Shown here piece after piece: positions 12,617 through 27,529 of a stretch of 64,000 nucleotides of DNA (position 1 is the first letter of the stretch; each line of letters starts with the position of its first letter). Made by a program: the position numbers and the translations under genes. The notes beneath the pieces were generated by a model, which saw only the letters and a list, made by a program, of their open reading frames with translations, was not told the origin of the DNA and did not search any database. Origin of the DNA: Octopus bimaculoides (taxonomy: Eukaryota); contig NC_068986.1 in assembly GCF_001194135.2 (NCBI RefSeq), positions 25,352,925 through 25,416,924 on the forward strand. Reading direction: 5' to 3'.

Positions 12617-15313
12617 ATCCATCATGAAGACTGTAAGTGTGGTTAAAGGGAAATTTGGCTGCTATGTCTAACACGTCATGTAAACCATGTAGTCATATCC
12701 TCATTGGTTTTTGTTCTGCATCTCCAAGCCAACTCTGACTGAACAGAGCCAAGTCATGTAGGTGTCTCACTGAATGACTCGCCGTGACTCACAGATCTGT
12801 TACTGTAGATATATGATATCACCACCAATGACCAATGACCACACTGCATACCCTGACATGTAGTGAGTGATTAAAGAAATGGAGTGCGGTGTTGCAATTT
12901 AGACATATTTCTATATTTACATCTGATTTGTCATTGGACAACAGCTGTGCTGAAGTACTGCCGTCAAGGGTTCTTCTTTTGTTTCTGTTCTCAAATCCGT
13001 CTTTTCAACTCAAGTACTTTGCTTGGTTTTTACTTCATTGACCTCAGTAGGAAGAGAACCGTCATATCAGGAACCAATTGTCTTATTAGTAAAATAAACT
13101 TAATGAATTGAATGACATTAAGTACATCATATAATCTTCATACATTTATTTAATTTGATTTTCTCATTTCAACTATAATGTTTTTTAATATCTGTAAACT
13201 GTCCATTTCTGTCCCTCTGCTTATATTCTAACCTCTCATCTACCACAAAGCCACCTTCCTCAATGCTCATCTCTCTCAGTTGAGGGGTTTTGCCTTGTAA
13301 GGTATTTAGTGCCACATAAAAAGCACCCAATACACCATGTATAGTGGCTGGTTTTAGGAAAGGTATCCAGCCATAAAAAACATACCAAATCAGACAGTAG
13401 AGATTGGCACCAAACCACCCAACCCATACCAGCATGGAAAGCAGACATTAGATGATGATGATGATGATATATATTAGAGACCATGTGGATAATACAGCCT
13501 TGTCTTAAAATACACTCTGACCCTGACAGAATACAGAAGCTTCAGTTTCTATCAAGTCCATTAGACAGACTTGTCTGTAACTTATGTTTGACAGAAACCA
13601 TATCTATCACACACTTTTTGCACTTGTTAAGGTTTTACCAATCTTCTCAAGTTTCTTGACTGTCAATATTATATTGTATGTTTGCAATATTGCAGTGTCT
13701 GTCTACATATTCGCAATTTCTGTCTTATTCTATAGATTACTTACTCTAGTTTTATTTTTTAGTTGATGAGTTCAGCTTTTCAATACCAAAATATTCAATA
13801 AATTAATTTTTCCTCCAGCTTTTCATTTGTTATGTAGTGGCATTTATTACGTTTCTGTTTCTTTATTTGAAATGTTTAATATTTCAAGTAAACTACAACA
13901 TCTTGCTGCAGACTTTTTTTTTTGGTTTCCATAGTAGTAAAAAAAAAAAAATTGCCAAGGAATAAAATAGAAAATCAAAGTTAATTGATTTTAATATATT
14001 CAAATTGGAGGTCATTGACATCTTTCCCATTTACTGAAAAGATTTTTAGTTTTCTCCAGAAGCATTAGCAATGTAAATGAAAGTTGTCCCATCTTGAAAG
14101 TCAAACTAGACTGCAAATTTAGTTCACTAAAATCTTTCTAAATTAATGATACCATATTTTGTTTTTGTATTAGGTCTGCAAGATTCTTGATGTGAAGTTG
14201 TGTTGAACATATTTTATTGTATCTCGGGAGGGTCACTATGCCCATGATAAACACATGCACAGGTTATATTTCTCTTCCTTAATACTACAAGTTGATTGAT
14301 TAACCAATCAACCAATCAAGTGTTAGATTAATTGTTCAGTCAGTCAGGCATCAGGTTTGTCAGAATTCTCTTGTCGCCATTCATGACTTCATCAATGACA
14401 TTCTCTCTCTGCTCCAGGTCTGTTTCTTTGATGCAAAATATTTAAAAGTATAGCACTATAGCACTCCATAACTTAGCAGTTTGGCAAAAGAAACTGATGA
14501 AGTAAGTACCAAGCTTAAAAACAAACAAGAACTTGGGTCAATTCGATCAGCTAAAATTCTTCAAAGTGGTGACCGAGCAAGGCCACAGTCTAATGACTGA
14601 AACAGGCAAAAGATAAAAGAAAAGAAAAGAAGTAAGAGATTGTTACCAATTTTAGGTTAACACCTGTTTTTCTGCAACTTAGAAAGGATGATGATGACTT
14701 ATCTAACAATCGTACCAATATTCAGAATTTTATATAAAAACACTAACAAACTAATATTATACAATTTTCAAACAATGGCACCCAGGTGTTGTAATAAGCT
14801 GACAAAATTAAGGTAATTAAGGTAACAAAATATTTCCTGTTGTTAATTTATAAATCATAATTTACACTCTAAGTAAACTGTTTTATGTTGCTTTGCAGCC
14901 TAATGTTCTTGGAAAAGTCTGATCTTTGTAATTGCTTTCTGTTACACTTGTCCTTGTAAGTGCCGGTTGCACTATTTCTCAGCATATCGTCTTACTGTTT
15001 TCCATTACATGCAACGTTGCTGTTGATCTACAGAACCATATTTTGAACTCGCTCTAATTTATTTTGGATTGCATCACTGTTCTCTGTGTCATTATTGTAA
15101 ACAGTTTTAATGTAGGTTAGATTGTGCTGGTATTGTTGTGCTTTGCAGGCCTTTTGAAGGTTACTCTCTCATTCATTCTAAATGGCAGCAGCAGCACTTT
15201 TCCATATTCTTACATCTGTTTTGCAATGGATAAATCCAGTGAAACATTTCTATGTTTATATATATAATATATATGTATGTATATTATGTGTAAAGAAAAA
15301 GTAAAGGACTGTA

Positions 15314-15370
<57 letters not shown>

Positions 15371-16109
15371 CTTCATTCTGCATGCTTTAGCAAGAGTCCG
15401 AATACTTATTGATCAGACCTCATTTATATAAAATTGTTATTGCTACACTTACTGTTTCTTNNNNNNNNNNNNNNNNNNNNNNNNNNNNNNNNNNNNNNNN
15501 NNNNNNNNNNNNNNNNNNNNNNNNNNNNNNNNNNNNNNNNNNNNNNNNNNNNNNNNNNNNNNNNNNNNNNNNNNNNNNNNNNNNNNNNNNNNNNNACCAC
15601 CACCACCACCACCACCAGTCAACTTTGATCCAAGCAGCCCTGTTGCACATAATTAGTTGGCCAAACAGTTAGGACTTAGGTCTCCCACAAGCTCATAAGA
15701 CCAGAACTTAATGCAGTTTCCCTGGCATATAAGTAGCTGAGATAACCTGGATGGGATGTCAATCCACCACAGGGTTAACTTCCCAGTTATTGCATGAACC
15801 CATTTACAGTTGAGTTCTACAATGTAGAATGAGGTGTCATATTTTTATTTTTTTTTATTTCATTTTTGCTTGATTTAGTCATTGGACTGCGGTCATTCTG
15901 GAGCACCACCTTGAAGAGTTTTAGTCAAACATATCAATTCCAGTACTTATTTATTTATTTTTTCTAAGTCTAGTAGTTATTCTATTAGTCGCTTTTGCTG
16001 AACTGCTAAGTTATGGGGACATAAGCAAAGGAACATTGGTTTTCAAGTGGTAATGAAGGACAAACACACCACACACACACACATAGCTATCTATCTAGCT
16101 ATCTATTGA

Positions 16110-16168
<59 letters not shown>

Positions 16169-16952
16169 CATAGTGGTACAACAATGCACCAATATTAACT
16201 GGAAATAGCAATCAATAATATACAACGCTATAGTAAAGCTTCACTGTATATATATATATATATATATATATTGGCAAAAATGTTTGCGGGTGGCAAACAT
16301 AAAAATTTTCATCTTACCTGTATATATGTACACGCACACATTTACATATATGCACACACACACACACACACTCGCGCACACACACACATGCAATGCGCTT
16401 CTTTCAGTTTCTATCTACCAAATTCACTCCAAGGCTATAGCAGAAAACACTTGCCCAAGGTGCCACACAGTGGAACTGAACCCAGAAACATGTGACTGCA
16501 AATCAGACTTCTTAGTACACAGCCACATCTGCACCTATAAAGAGTTAAGATATTTCCATGCCGGGAAATGAACCCAAGCCATCTGGGTGAGAAGATGACA
16601 GTGCATTGCCCAGTCCTGGGATTGAAACCACACTCTTACAATTGCAAGTGAAATACCCTAGCTGCAAAGGTCATGCACCTTCACCTAGGAGTATCCCACA
16701 TGTCTTTTTTGCTACTACTTATACCATGTCTCTGCTTGTCAGCTGAATATAGCTTATACAGAAGCCAAATGCAGTGCATACAGATATAAAACCAGGTACG
16801 GTGTTCAGATTACTTAATACACCGAATGTAAATCGATAAACTGAATATTTTTGGTCTCCCCTTTTTTGCAGTCCATTTGAGAACACTCAAAATATTATGC
16901 GGATCCCTAAAAGGCTTTTAATCACGGAAGAGCTGAATGCATCTTCAACCCA

Positions 16953-16983
<31 letters not shown>

Positions 16984-19042
16984 TACACTCGCATATGCAT
17001 TGCTGCTATGTTTGTGTAATTGAGTTAAGCCGACCTCTTACTGCTTCACATTGTTTGGGAGTGTAAAGCAGCATTCTTGCTATTAATCCTTGGCAAAGAG
17101 ATGACAACACACTACAACTGGTAGCATCTGGTGTCTAAGTGAAAAGCTTGCATTTAATACAGCCAACCCACTAGTTTGACCTGACACTTCTTAATCTTCT
17201 GTAATGACTAATTCTCCTCCTTTTAAATTGCTCTATAGACATTTCTTGTCTGTTAATTAATTACTCATAATATACAACCTGTTACTTGCTGCTGCTGAAT
17301 CACAAGATTCCAACAAAAATGTCTTTACCCACCAATTTTTCAAATTTTTTTTCCTCTTGTTATTATTTTCCTGTTTTTTTTTTTGTTCTAGTTCCACTTA
17401 TATTTTCTTTGTACATATATTTTTAGATATATCTTTTGTCTTTTACCCATTTCAGTCATTAGACTGCAGCCACGCTGGGGACACCACTTTGAAGAAATTT
17501 AGTTGAATGAGTTAACCCCAATGCTTATTTTTTTTAAAGCAAAAGAGACTGATAGAATAAGTACTAGGCTTACAACGAATAAGTCCGGGGGTCGATTTCT
17601 TCGACTAAAGGCGGTGCTCTAGTATGGACACAGTCAAATGACTGAAACAAGTAAAAGAGTAAAAGAATATTGTTTTTTTCTTTTTTACTTGTTTCAGTTA
17701 TTTGCCTGTGGCCATGCTGGGGTACTGCCTTGAAGATTTTTATTTAAACAAATCAATCCCAGGACATTTTTTTTTATAGTCTAGTACTTATTCTATCGAT
17801 CTCTCTTTTGCCGAACCGCTAAGTTACTGAGATGTAAGCACACTAGCACCAGTTGTCAAGCAGTGATGGGGGACAAACACAGACATACACACACATGCAC
17901 ACACACACACACACACACAAAATATACGATGGGCTTCTTTCAGTTTCTCTTTGCAAATCCACTCGCACAAGACTTTGTTTGGCCCAGGGCTATAGTAGAA
18001 GACACTTGCTCGAGGTGCCACGCAGTGGGCCTGAACCCAGATGCATGTGGTTGGGCAGCAAGCTTCTTATCAACACAGCCACATCTGCACATATATCATT
18101 AGTTTTTCTAAATTATTTTCCCCATTTCCATTTCATGTCTGTTGAAAGCTCCTATAAATCTTAGTATTTATTTACATAAAATGACCTGAGGCCATGAGCG
18201 TTTTACAGTTAGATATTTTCTTTTGTTGCTGATTTTTGAAGCATAGAATTAAGTACCGTATGGCTATCACTGTGAATGCTGAGCTTTACCAGTTGTTTTA
18301 ATTCAAACTCCATTTAATGCTTGACATCATTCTAATATGTGTTTGTACTCAATTGCAACCATCATATATATTTGTATACAACATGCACTTATATGTAATG
18401 TGCACAACTATTTTTTTAAGGCAATGAAATACCACAAAAAAACTTGAACGTATAATTTGCACTAACTCTTCTTATTTTCACTGATATCTTTCTTTATTCC
18501 ACTGGTTTTCAGAATTTTTAGTTTTGAATGTCAGTAGTTCTTTTGTATATGTCATTACATCTTGTTATATATATTTTATCATTTTAAGATGGCAGGTTGG
18601 CAGAATCGTTACCATACAGGACAAAATATTAAGCAGGATTTCTTCTGATTTTATGTTTTGAGTTCAAATGCCACTGGGGATGACTTTGCTTCTCATCTTT
18701 TGGGAATTGATAAATTAAGTACCATTTGAGTACTGGGGGTTGATATAAATCGACTTATTCCCTCTGTCAAAATTACTGGCCTGGTGCCAAAATTTGAAAC
18801 TAATATATATTTGATCATTTTGATCTTGTTTAACTCTTGTCATAGGACAGATATACACTGACAAAAATTTCATAGTTTCCTCTTCAGAAAACTTTAAAAA
18901 AAATAACAGTATTTTTGTTTACTTTCCATAAAGAGTGGATTTCTTTTTTCTAACCAAAACTTTTTAAGAATAGTTTTGAGAAATAAAAAAATCCTTCATG
19001 CAATATTTTCCTGATCGCAATATTGCAAGAAAGAATAGGTAG

Positions 19043-19260
19043 ATTCTTCAAGCTGAGCCAAATGGCAGGAGACTTAAAGGTAGACCAAGAACAAGATGGT
19101 TTAATAATATCCATCATCTTGGTTGGTCATGTTTGGGAAGCTAACTGGAAAGTGTAATGGTGGTTGCTTCCAATAGGTCCCTATAGAGTAGGTGACTGAG
19201 GATTCTACCCACACTACCTTCCCAAGAATAGTGCATGAAGAAAATGGATGGAGGGATGGT
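19043..19260 (+). mobile_element. Rex3/Expander-like RTE 3' remnant
   Basis: ILQAEPNGRRLKGRPRTRWFNNIHHLGWSCLG*..LRILPTLP with in-frame stops, then the tail gaagaaaatggatggagggatgg. Confidence 0.7.
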
Positions 19261-20847
19261 GTTAAGAAATGAAAACAGCATTCTATCTATCTATTATAAA
19301 AGCTTATTTCAAATCATTTACTTATTCATTTTGGTTATGTGGTATCAGAGGAAAATTAATGTTTAAATGAAGATTTTTTTAAAACTCCTATAAATTGTAT
19401 TATTATCCATTTTTTTTTATAAAACTGTCTTTTGGTTTTATGTTTTGAACATTTATGATCTGGTGAAAAAAGTTTTTTTTTAATTAAAACTTTAATTTTT
19501 TTTTAAACAGAATACTAAAATAATATTAATAAAAGAAAATGTATTTATATAAATTGTCTACATATATTAAATGGTTTCAGTATTCTGGTTTCAAATTTTA
19601 GTACGAGTCCAACAATCTTGGAGAGGAGGCAAGTTGATTCCATCGACCCCTCTGCTCAATTCGTACTTATTTTATCAACCCCTAAAAGGGATGAAAGTCA
19701 AAGTCAACCTCAGTGGAATTTGAACTCAGAACATAAAGACTGGAGAAATGCTGTTAAGCATCTTGTATGGCATGCTAACAACTTTGCCAGCTTGCTGCCT
19801 TAAATGCTTTCAGCTCATTAAAACTATATATATTGCATTTGAATTGATATATTTATGTGAAATGTAGTTATGGATGAGACACTTCTGTATTATAACAAGC
19901 TATCTTATGTTCCTCTAGTGATGTAGCTAATATACTAGCACCAATATAACAAAACAAACCGTGTTATTTAGTTCTAGCTAAGGCAGCGAGCTGGCAGAAT
20001 TGTTCTGGGGTTGATAATAATCGACTCACTCCTTTCCTCGACATTGCTGGCCTTGTGCCAAAATTTGAAACCAGTATTTACGGTGTTAGAGGGTGGTGAA
20101 CTGGCAGAATCATTGGCATGATGGGAAAAATGCTTAGCAGCATTTCTTCTGTCTTCGTGTTCTGAGTTCAAATTTTGCTGAGGTCAGCTTTGCCTTTCAT
20201 CCTTTTTTTTGGGGTGGGGGTGGGGGGTCAATAAAATAAGTACCAGTTGATTACTGAGGTTGATGTAATCGACGTACCCTCTTTCCCGATCTTGCTGGCT
20301 TTGTACCAAAAGTCGAAACTATTATTTAGTTCTTGCTTGACATTTCAATTCTGCTTGATTCAAAAACAAACATCTGCACATATGCAAGTGCTTCATCGAC
20401 ACTTTCCTATTTTCCTGAAAGCTTGACAAAGAAAATGAGACAACATATATCTGGTACTTCAAAATAGAATTTTGAAGGAAAGAATTTTTTTTTTTGTAAA
20501 CAAGTTTGTATGCATTATAAAAACTGGACTCGTGTCACTCGCAGGTTTTTCTCAAAGTCACTTTGTATCTGTTGAAAGCTCAAGAAATTATCTTTGGGTG
20601 CAAAATCTTAGATGCAGTATTAAATGTTGCTATACATCTCACACATTCTTCATGCATCTATTTATGTTAGGCATGTTAAGTGGGTATCTTTTTATATGGA
20701 ATTGTAGAAGAAGAAATCCAGAGAATTACTGTTGTACCAGTAATTATATATTTAAGAAAAATTACTGCTTACATAAGTAAATAAGGTTGTTGTTAGTTGA
20801 TATGGTTTGTAAGGATGCAGACTCTGTTTTTGTGAAGATTTTGAGAA

Positions 20848-20930
<83 letters not shown>

Positions 20931-23900
20931 CTCTCTCTCACTCTCTCTCTCTCTCTCTCTCTCTCTTGTCTTGACAAAGATCCAAATGACATATAATATC
21001 AAACACACTTGGATTTAAGCTGTCTGACGAAGGTCATCTTGAATAAAGACGAAAAGAAGAGAAAGAAAGACTGGCAGAAAATATACAGAAAGAGAGAAAA
21101 GAAGGAACGAAGGAGTGAAGAAAATAGTAAGGGATGAAATAATGTATGAAATATAAAATAAGGATAAAATTTTAAACAAAAGTTGTGTTTGCAAATCAAA
21201 TAATATTCAACATTGAAGAAAGTTTTCTTAAGAAATCCTTTCTGGTTTTATTCAGAGAGAAGAGCTCAAAGCTGAACTGTTGCCAGTACAAGAAATGGGG
21301 ATTAGTAGAGTAGGCTTATGTTATTATAGATATCTGATTAAAATATCCTGAGCTTCGTTAGCAGAGAAACATCTGGTTATGGCTTGGCTTTCATTATTGT
21401 TTGTTGTTAGAATTATCACATTGATAATACGTAGTTTTAAATCTCCCTGACCTAGATAAGGAAATGATTTGAACAATGGAAATCACAGGCACTCAGGCTC
21501 AACAGTTAGTAAACCAGATGTAGTATGTGTGAAGTGTGCAGCATTATATACATCATTACATGTTGTATGTGGGCAGTATTGTGCAGCTACATTTGTTGTA
21601 TGTATGCAATATGATGCATCGGTGAGGTAGCAAGCTGGCGGTGTCATTAATATGCTGGGCAGCATTTTGCCCATCTTTATATATTCTGAGTTCAAAATTT
21701 GCTGAGGTTGACTTTGCCTTTTAATCCTTTCAATGAATATATATATATTATACCTCACTGCATGTTGCATGTATGCACTACTGTACAGTCATGATGTTGT
21801 GCATGAGCAACATTGTACATCAATACTTGTTGCATGTATGCAGTATTGTGCNNNNNNNNNNNNNNNNNNNNNNNNNNNNNNNNNNNNNNNNNNNNNNNNN
21901 NNNNNNNNNNNNNNNNNNNNNNNNNNNNNNNNNNNNNNNNNNNNNNNNNNNNNNNNNNNNNNNNNNNNNNNNNNNNNNNNNNNNNNNNNNNNNNNNNNNN
22001 NNNNNNNNNNNNNNNNNNNNNNNNNNNNNNNNNNNNNNNNNNNNNNNNNNNNNNNNNNNNNNNNNNNNNNNNNNNNNNNNNNNNNNNNNNNNNNNNNNNN
22101 NNNNNNNNNNNNNNNNNNNNNNNNNNNNNNNNNNNNNNNNNNNNNNNNNNNNNNNNNNNNNNNNNNNNNNNNNNNNNNNNNNNNNNNNNNNNNNNNNNNN
22201 NNNNNNNNNNNNNNNNNNNNNNNNNNNNNNNNNNNNNNNNNNNNNNNNNNNNNNNNNNNNNNNNNNNNNNNNNNNNNNNNNNNNNNNNNNNNNNNNNNNN
22301 NNNNNNNNNNNNNNNNNNNNNNNNNNNNNNNNNNNNNNNNNNNNNNNNNNNNNNNNCATGCAGAATTATGCATCAACACATGTCATGTGAGCACTATTGT
22401 GCATCATCATGTATGTGAGCAGTGTGCAGTATTGTACATGAATGTATGTTCTATGTATGCATTATTATGCATCAATGCATGTTCTATGGAAGCAATGTCT
22501 TATGCCACAAAGGTGACAAGCTGGCAGAATCATTGCTGCGCTGGACAAAATACTTAGCTGCTTCTCTTATGGCCTTCTGCATTCTGAGTTCAAATGCTGC
22601 CAAAGTCAGTGTTGCTTTTCATCTTTTTTTGGGTTGATAAAATACCAGTTAAGAATTGGACTGACATAATCAGACTAACACTTTGCTGCTTATAAAATTG
22701 CTGGCTTTGTGCCAAAATTTGAAATAATTATTATATACAACATTGTGTGTTATGTGTGCAAGTGAAGTACTGTACCACAATGTATGTCGTATGTGTGTAG
22801 TAGTTATACACCAATGCAGGTTGTATGGATAATTTGTTATTGTTGTTGTTGTTGTTGTTTAGCACCAGGCCAATCTTTGTTGGGAAGACCCATGATCAAA
22901 GACATTCTAATCTTGACCATCCCACCTTATTCAGGCACAATATATATCAAGCTACTTCTCTGTGCTGGTGCCAATTAAAAAGCATTTGCGTTGATGCTAC
23001 ATAAAAGTGCTCATACTGGTGCTACATTAAAAACACCAGAACCCTGTAAATTGGTTAGCATTAGGAAAGGCATTCAGGTGTAGAAGCCAAGCCATATCAG
23101 ACTGGAACCTGGTGCAACTCTCCAGCATGGAAAACGGACATTAAAGGATGATGATGACATTCTTTCTTCATTTTTATTTCAAAGACAGCTGAGCTGAGTA
23201 TGACTTGAGATTGAACCTACTCTCAGAGGGTGTGCAGGTTGCATTTTATTGTGGCATCAACACTAGAGAATGAAGAGTAGCTAGAGGTGGATAAATGATG
23301 AAAGTGAATGATGGATATCAGTGCTAAATGGTCAAAGGTGTGAGTACAGGTAGAGTGCTGTTCTTTCAACTTACATCAGTTTTCCTGTGCCAGTATGAGT
23401 TAGTGTAGGCATGAAGCCTTAAATTTAGTGGGAGGGAGTAAGTTGATAACATCATCCCCAGAACTTAATGAGTACCCATTTCATCAACTCTAAAATGATA
23501 TTGGCATCTATCACCTCTACACATTTCTACATGAAATTGTCGACCCTGTTATCATTTTTAGTGTTGTTTACACCTTGAGATCTGAAGTAAACAAAGTACT
23601 GAGCAGTATAATGCTTCCATCTGTCAAGTACCCTACAACAACATTGGACAGTATTCACCCTCACCACTAAGCAAATGCTCCTATACTTAGTAGCTATCCA
23701 GCTCCTCAAACTAGCTGTTGTGAGTATTGCTACCAAATATTGATGGATGATACTAGGTATAATTGACCTGAACTGATCAGGGCTCACTTATACCATGTTC
23801 ATTACCCACCCTCTCTATCATGTAGTGCATGAGATGGAGGTTGTAATATATTCATATATTCATGTTTGTACATCACCATTTAGACTATTGAAGACAAGTG

Positions 23901-24639
23901 CCAAACTCCTTGCAAACATCTTGGCCAAAACCTTAAAATGTACTCTGAGCAAAAGTTATGTACTGAAAATTATCCATGTGGTTCCCCTTGTTTCAGTTTT
24001 TTCTCATGAAAACTACTGTTGTGAGTTTTGGTATCCCCCTGCCAAAAGGTCATTGAACAAGTCTGACATATATATATATATATATATAGACCATACAGTA
24101 ATCTGTCTAAATCAGGTGATTTTTCTCTCCATGCAGCTAGATATTGCTGGAATATCGCCTGATTATCACAGCACTCTGCTTCCATTGCCAAGAGTCACAA
24201 CTCACTGATGAGGTGATCATTTAAGTCCATTGTGCAACTAGGGATGCCACTTCTAAACAGTAAAGTACCACAGAAAAGTTGCAATATTAAAAATAGCAAA
24301 TAGATGAAATGTAAGTGTTTGAATCATCCTTCCTACTTAGGTTTTCCGATTTTGGTGAGTCAAATATTCCAAGTGGAATATAATTTAAAAAAGGCAGGAT
24401 GAATCTATAACCTCATATGAGCAGAATACAACACAAGCTATTGTATATTCTTTTGATAAGTCTCTGTGGGTGTTTACTTCACATTGTCATTACATTTATA
24501 TAAGAACTCAACTCCAACAGAACAAAACACATATCATCCGCAGTATACTAGTTTGGATTACAGATGATGTTAATGCACTAACCAAGTTGCCTACCTGCAA
24601 GGATATCTCTGAAATCACTGCTTCATCAGTCTTTTATAC

Positions 24640-24670
<31 letters not shown>

Positions 24671-24803
24671 NNNNNNNNNNNNNNNNNNNNNNNNNNNNNN
24701 NNNNNNNNNNNNNNNNNNNNNNNNNNNNNNNNNNNNNNNNNNNNNNNNNNNNNNNNNNNNNNNNNNNNNNGGCATGGCGGGAGAGAAGATCATCATCATC
24801 ATC

Positions 24804-24834
<31 letters not shown>

Positions 24835-24916
24835 AACACAGCCATATTTATATATATCAACAATCAACATATATACATTGTACATATTAAACTAGAAACT
24901 ATACACTTGTTTCAAC

Positions 24917-25840
24917 ATGAATGCAACCCATTTGTCTGATCCTGTTATATTTTCAAGATTAGTTGCTTTTAGTATCATACCTGTATTCCTAATTGTGGGA
25001 TTCATATGTAACATATTTGTGGTGTATATTTATGCACAGCAACCCAAGAAAAGTAATGTAGAAACTTTCATCCTTTTACTAGCTGTCATTGATCTGATTG
25101 GATGTATCTTTGGAATGCCTCTGGAAATGGCTGAACTCTACCCGGCAATACAATCAAAATATTTGTGTAAATTATACAAGTTTGTTGTCTTCAACTGTTC
25201 TGCCATATCATCCTTGATTCTGCTTATTATTGCCATTGAAAGATTCAGAAAAGTACGTTGTCCAAATGGCAAACAAATTACTCCAAAACTACGGCAAACT
25301 CTTATTATTTTCATAACTGTAACATCAGTTGCATTGGGACTGCCAAATCTGTTTTACTTTGAAGGCATTCCCTTTACCCATGAAAATAAGATATATATGA
25401 TATGTGACTTTGACCTTACAAGGGCATCTGTCTGGTCATACACTCTAGCAGGATTAATTATTTTCATTATATTTTACCCAACCATGACTGTACTTTATTT
25501 GTTTGTTCAGAAGACTGTTACTCAGCATTTCAAGAAAAAACAAGGTAAAGAAGAAGCTCTCAAACAACGAGGAATCACTCGTATAAATATTGTACTTATC
25601 TCAATTTCTGTTTTGTTTTTTGTCAGTTTTTCACCAACTTTTGTCTTCTTTGTCATATATCCATACTGCAAAGATTCTAACTTGTTACAGATTTTGAAAG
25701 TAGCTTTATATCGTACTTGGATACTAAATTCATCTTTAAATCCCTTGGTGTATGGATTTTGTAACAAAATATTCCGCAAAAGCCTTGTAAATATATTTAC
25801 TAGGGGTAAAGTTGTCTTTGAAATGGAGGAGAAATTTTAG
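24917..25840 (+). CDS. Intronless class A (rhodopsin-like) GPCR, 307 aa; orphan, resembling invertebrate neuropeptide-receptor-like families
   Basis: Uninterrupted ATG-to-TAG ORF with seven hydrophobic segments. Motifs: N-terminal NAT glycosylation sequon, TM1 GFICN, TM2 LAVIDL..C..GMP, TM3 Cys and AIERFRKV (E/DRY-like), ECL2 Cys, TM6 FFVSFSP, TM7 NSSLNPLVY, helix-8 FCNKIFRK. Confidence 0.93.
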   Translation: MNATHLSDPVIFSRLVAFSIIPVFLIVGFICNIFVVYIYAQQPKKSNVETFILLLAVIDLIGCIFGMPLEMAELYPAIQSKYLCKLYKFVVFNCSAISSLILLIIAIERFRKVRCPNGKQITPKLRQTLIIFITVTSVALGLPNLFYFEGIPFTHENKIYMICDFDLTRASVWSYTLAGLIIFIIFYPTMTVLYLFVQKTVTQHFKKKQGKEEALKQRGITRINIVLISISVLFFVSFSPTFVFFVIYPYCKDSNLLQILKVALYRTWILNSSLNPLVYGFCNKIFRKSLVNIFTRGKVVFEMEEKF

Positions 25841-26423
25841 GACTTGGTTTACACCACCCTTTCAAAAGAGAGGAATACTTTCTAGTAACAGAAACATTTT
25901 CTTTGTTTATCATTTCTTGTGAAATACAATTTTTTTTTCTGTACTATGCTGAAAATAACTCAAAGTTTGAGGTATTTGATAAAAACCTTTTCTGTTTTTA
26001 TTTTAATATTTGGAGAATTATATTTTCTTTCATANNNNNNNNNNNNNNNNNNNNNNNNNNNNNNNNNNNNNNNNNNNNNNNNNNNNNNNNNNNNNNNNNN
26101 NNNNNNNNNNNNNNNNNNNNNNNNNNNNNNNNNNNNNNNNNNNNNNNNNNNNNNNNNNNNNNNNNNNNNNNNNNNNNNNNNNNNNNNNNNNNNNNNNNNN
26201 NNNNNNNNNNNNNNNNNNNNNNNNNNNNNNNNNNNNNNNNNNNNNNNNNNNNNNNNNNNNNNNNNNNNNNNNNNNNNNNNNNNNNNNNAAAAAATACTGA
26301 AAAGTAAAACAAAATTTTTGCTGTTGTTATTGTTGCTGCCATTATCAACTTCTTCATCATCATCATTATCATCTTGTCATCATCATCATGATCATCATAC
26401 AAGAAATCTAAGTTGTTATTTTT

Positions 26424-27247
26424 GAAATTGTTTTAGAATTGCTAAAAACCTCGCAGATTAATTCAAAATTCTTTCCCTGCCAAATGTGGTGTCCAGGAGA
26501 GGTGGATGCATTGGTAGAGACATACAAAATGCACATGTCCATACCAGTGCAGCTGAGAACAAGTGTGCTAAGATAGTTTTTCATATATTCAATTTATGGG
26601 ATGGATCCTGCTTTTGAATGTGCTGAGCCCAGTAATTTTATGTTTTTTGAGATTGTATTTAAGGATGGCTTGAATTTTTGATGTTTGTTTTGTTATGTTT
26701 CTTTTTTCTTTGTTTATCCCTACATCACTACTAATTGAGAACAACTATTTTTTCCTGCTCTTGTGGCTCTGATTTCATCTTCTCCCAAGGTGAGCTTCCA
26801 GATTTTGATAACATAAAGAACCATTCAATTACTAGTGTTTATATGGCATTAGTTTACCTCCTCCCCATCAGAACTTCTGGCCTTGTGTCATAATCACCAT
26901 CATCATCATCATTGTCATCATTATTATCCTCATCATCATCACCATCATCTTCATCATCATTACTCTTATGTCCACTTCTCTCTGCTTGAAAATGCTGGTG
27001 AGGTCTTCTCTAACACAGCATTGTCCCATTCCTGTCTTTGTACCATCTTTCTAAGTTACAAAATATTTAGACTGGCCAATCCATGTGGATCTTCTGACAG
27101 TTCTTTGATATTTGCATTGATATGGACATGTTACCTAGGCACATTGTATGTCCCTAACAATGCATTCGCTTCTTTTGTACAGTGCACTTGTCAGATAAAG
27201 GATTCAAAATTAATATGCTGTACTTTTAACAATTCTGAAACAATTTC
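26424..27247. mobile_element. Two inverted remnants of a probable Charlie-type transposase segment (26424-26570 +, 27090-27247 -)
   Basis: Mutual homology (gaaattgttt(t/c)agaattg(c/t)taaaa; atgcattg(g/t)tag(a/g)gacatacaa). Translations ILSLPNVVSRR..IGRDIQ and PLSD..TVQ resemble the IPLSxxTVxRRI motif. Confidence 0.45.
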
Positions 27248-27529
27248 AAAAATAACAACTTAGTATTTTATATTAATAACAACAACGAAAATGTTTTATA
27301 TTTTTTGCTGAGCAGAAAATTATTGTTAAACTTACCAACTCATTAATCTTGTGTTATACATACTTTATTGGTAGCATTTATTCCTATTTAAGAAATAAAC
27401 CCTTCTAGAGTTGTGATTAACATTACTATCATTGTCTCACATTTCAACATTTTCTTAAATGTCTTAGGTACATATGATTTATTATATTAGATTTGTGCTT
27501 GTGTGTGTTTTAATCCGTTTGATTATTCA

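Noticed and set aside
21020-21060. ctgacgaaggtc...gacgaaa as a third hammerhead
   Set aside because: Partial core and a weak stem II, but no stem III, NUH triplet or stem I partner after GAAA.
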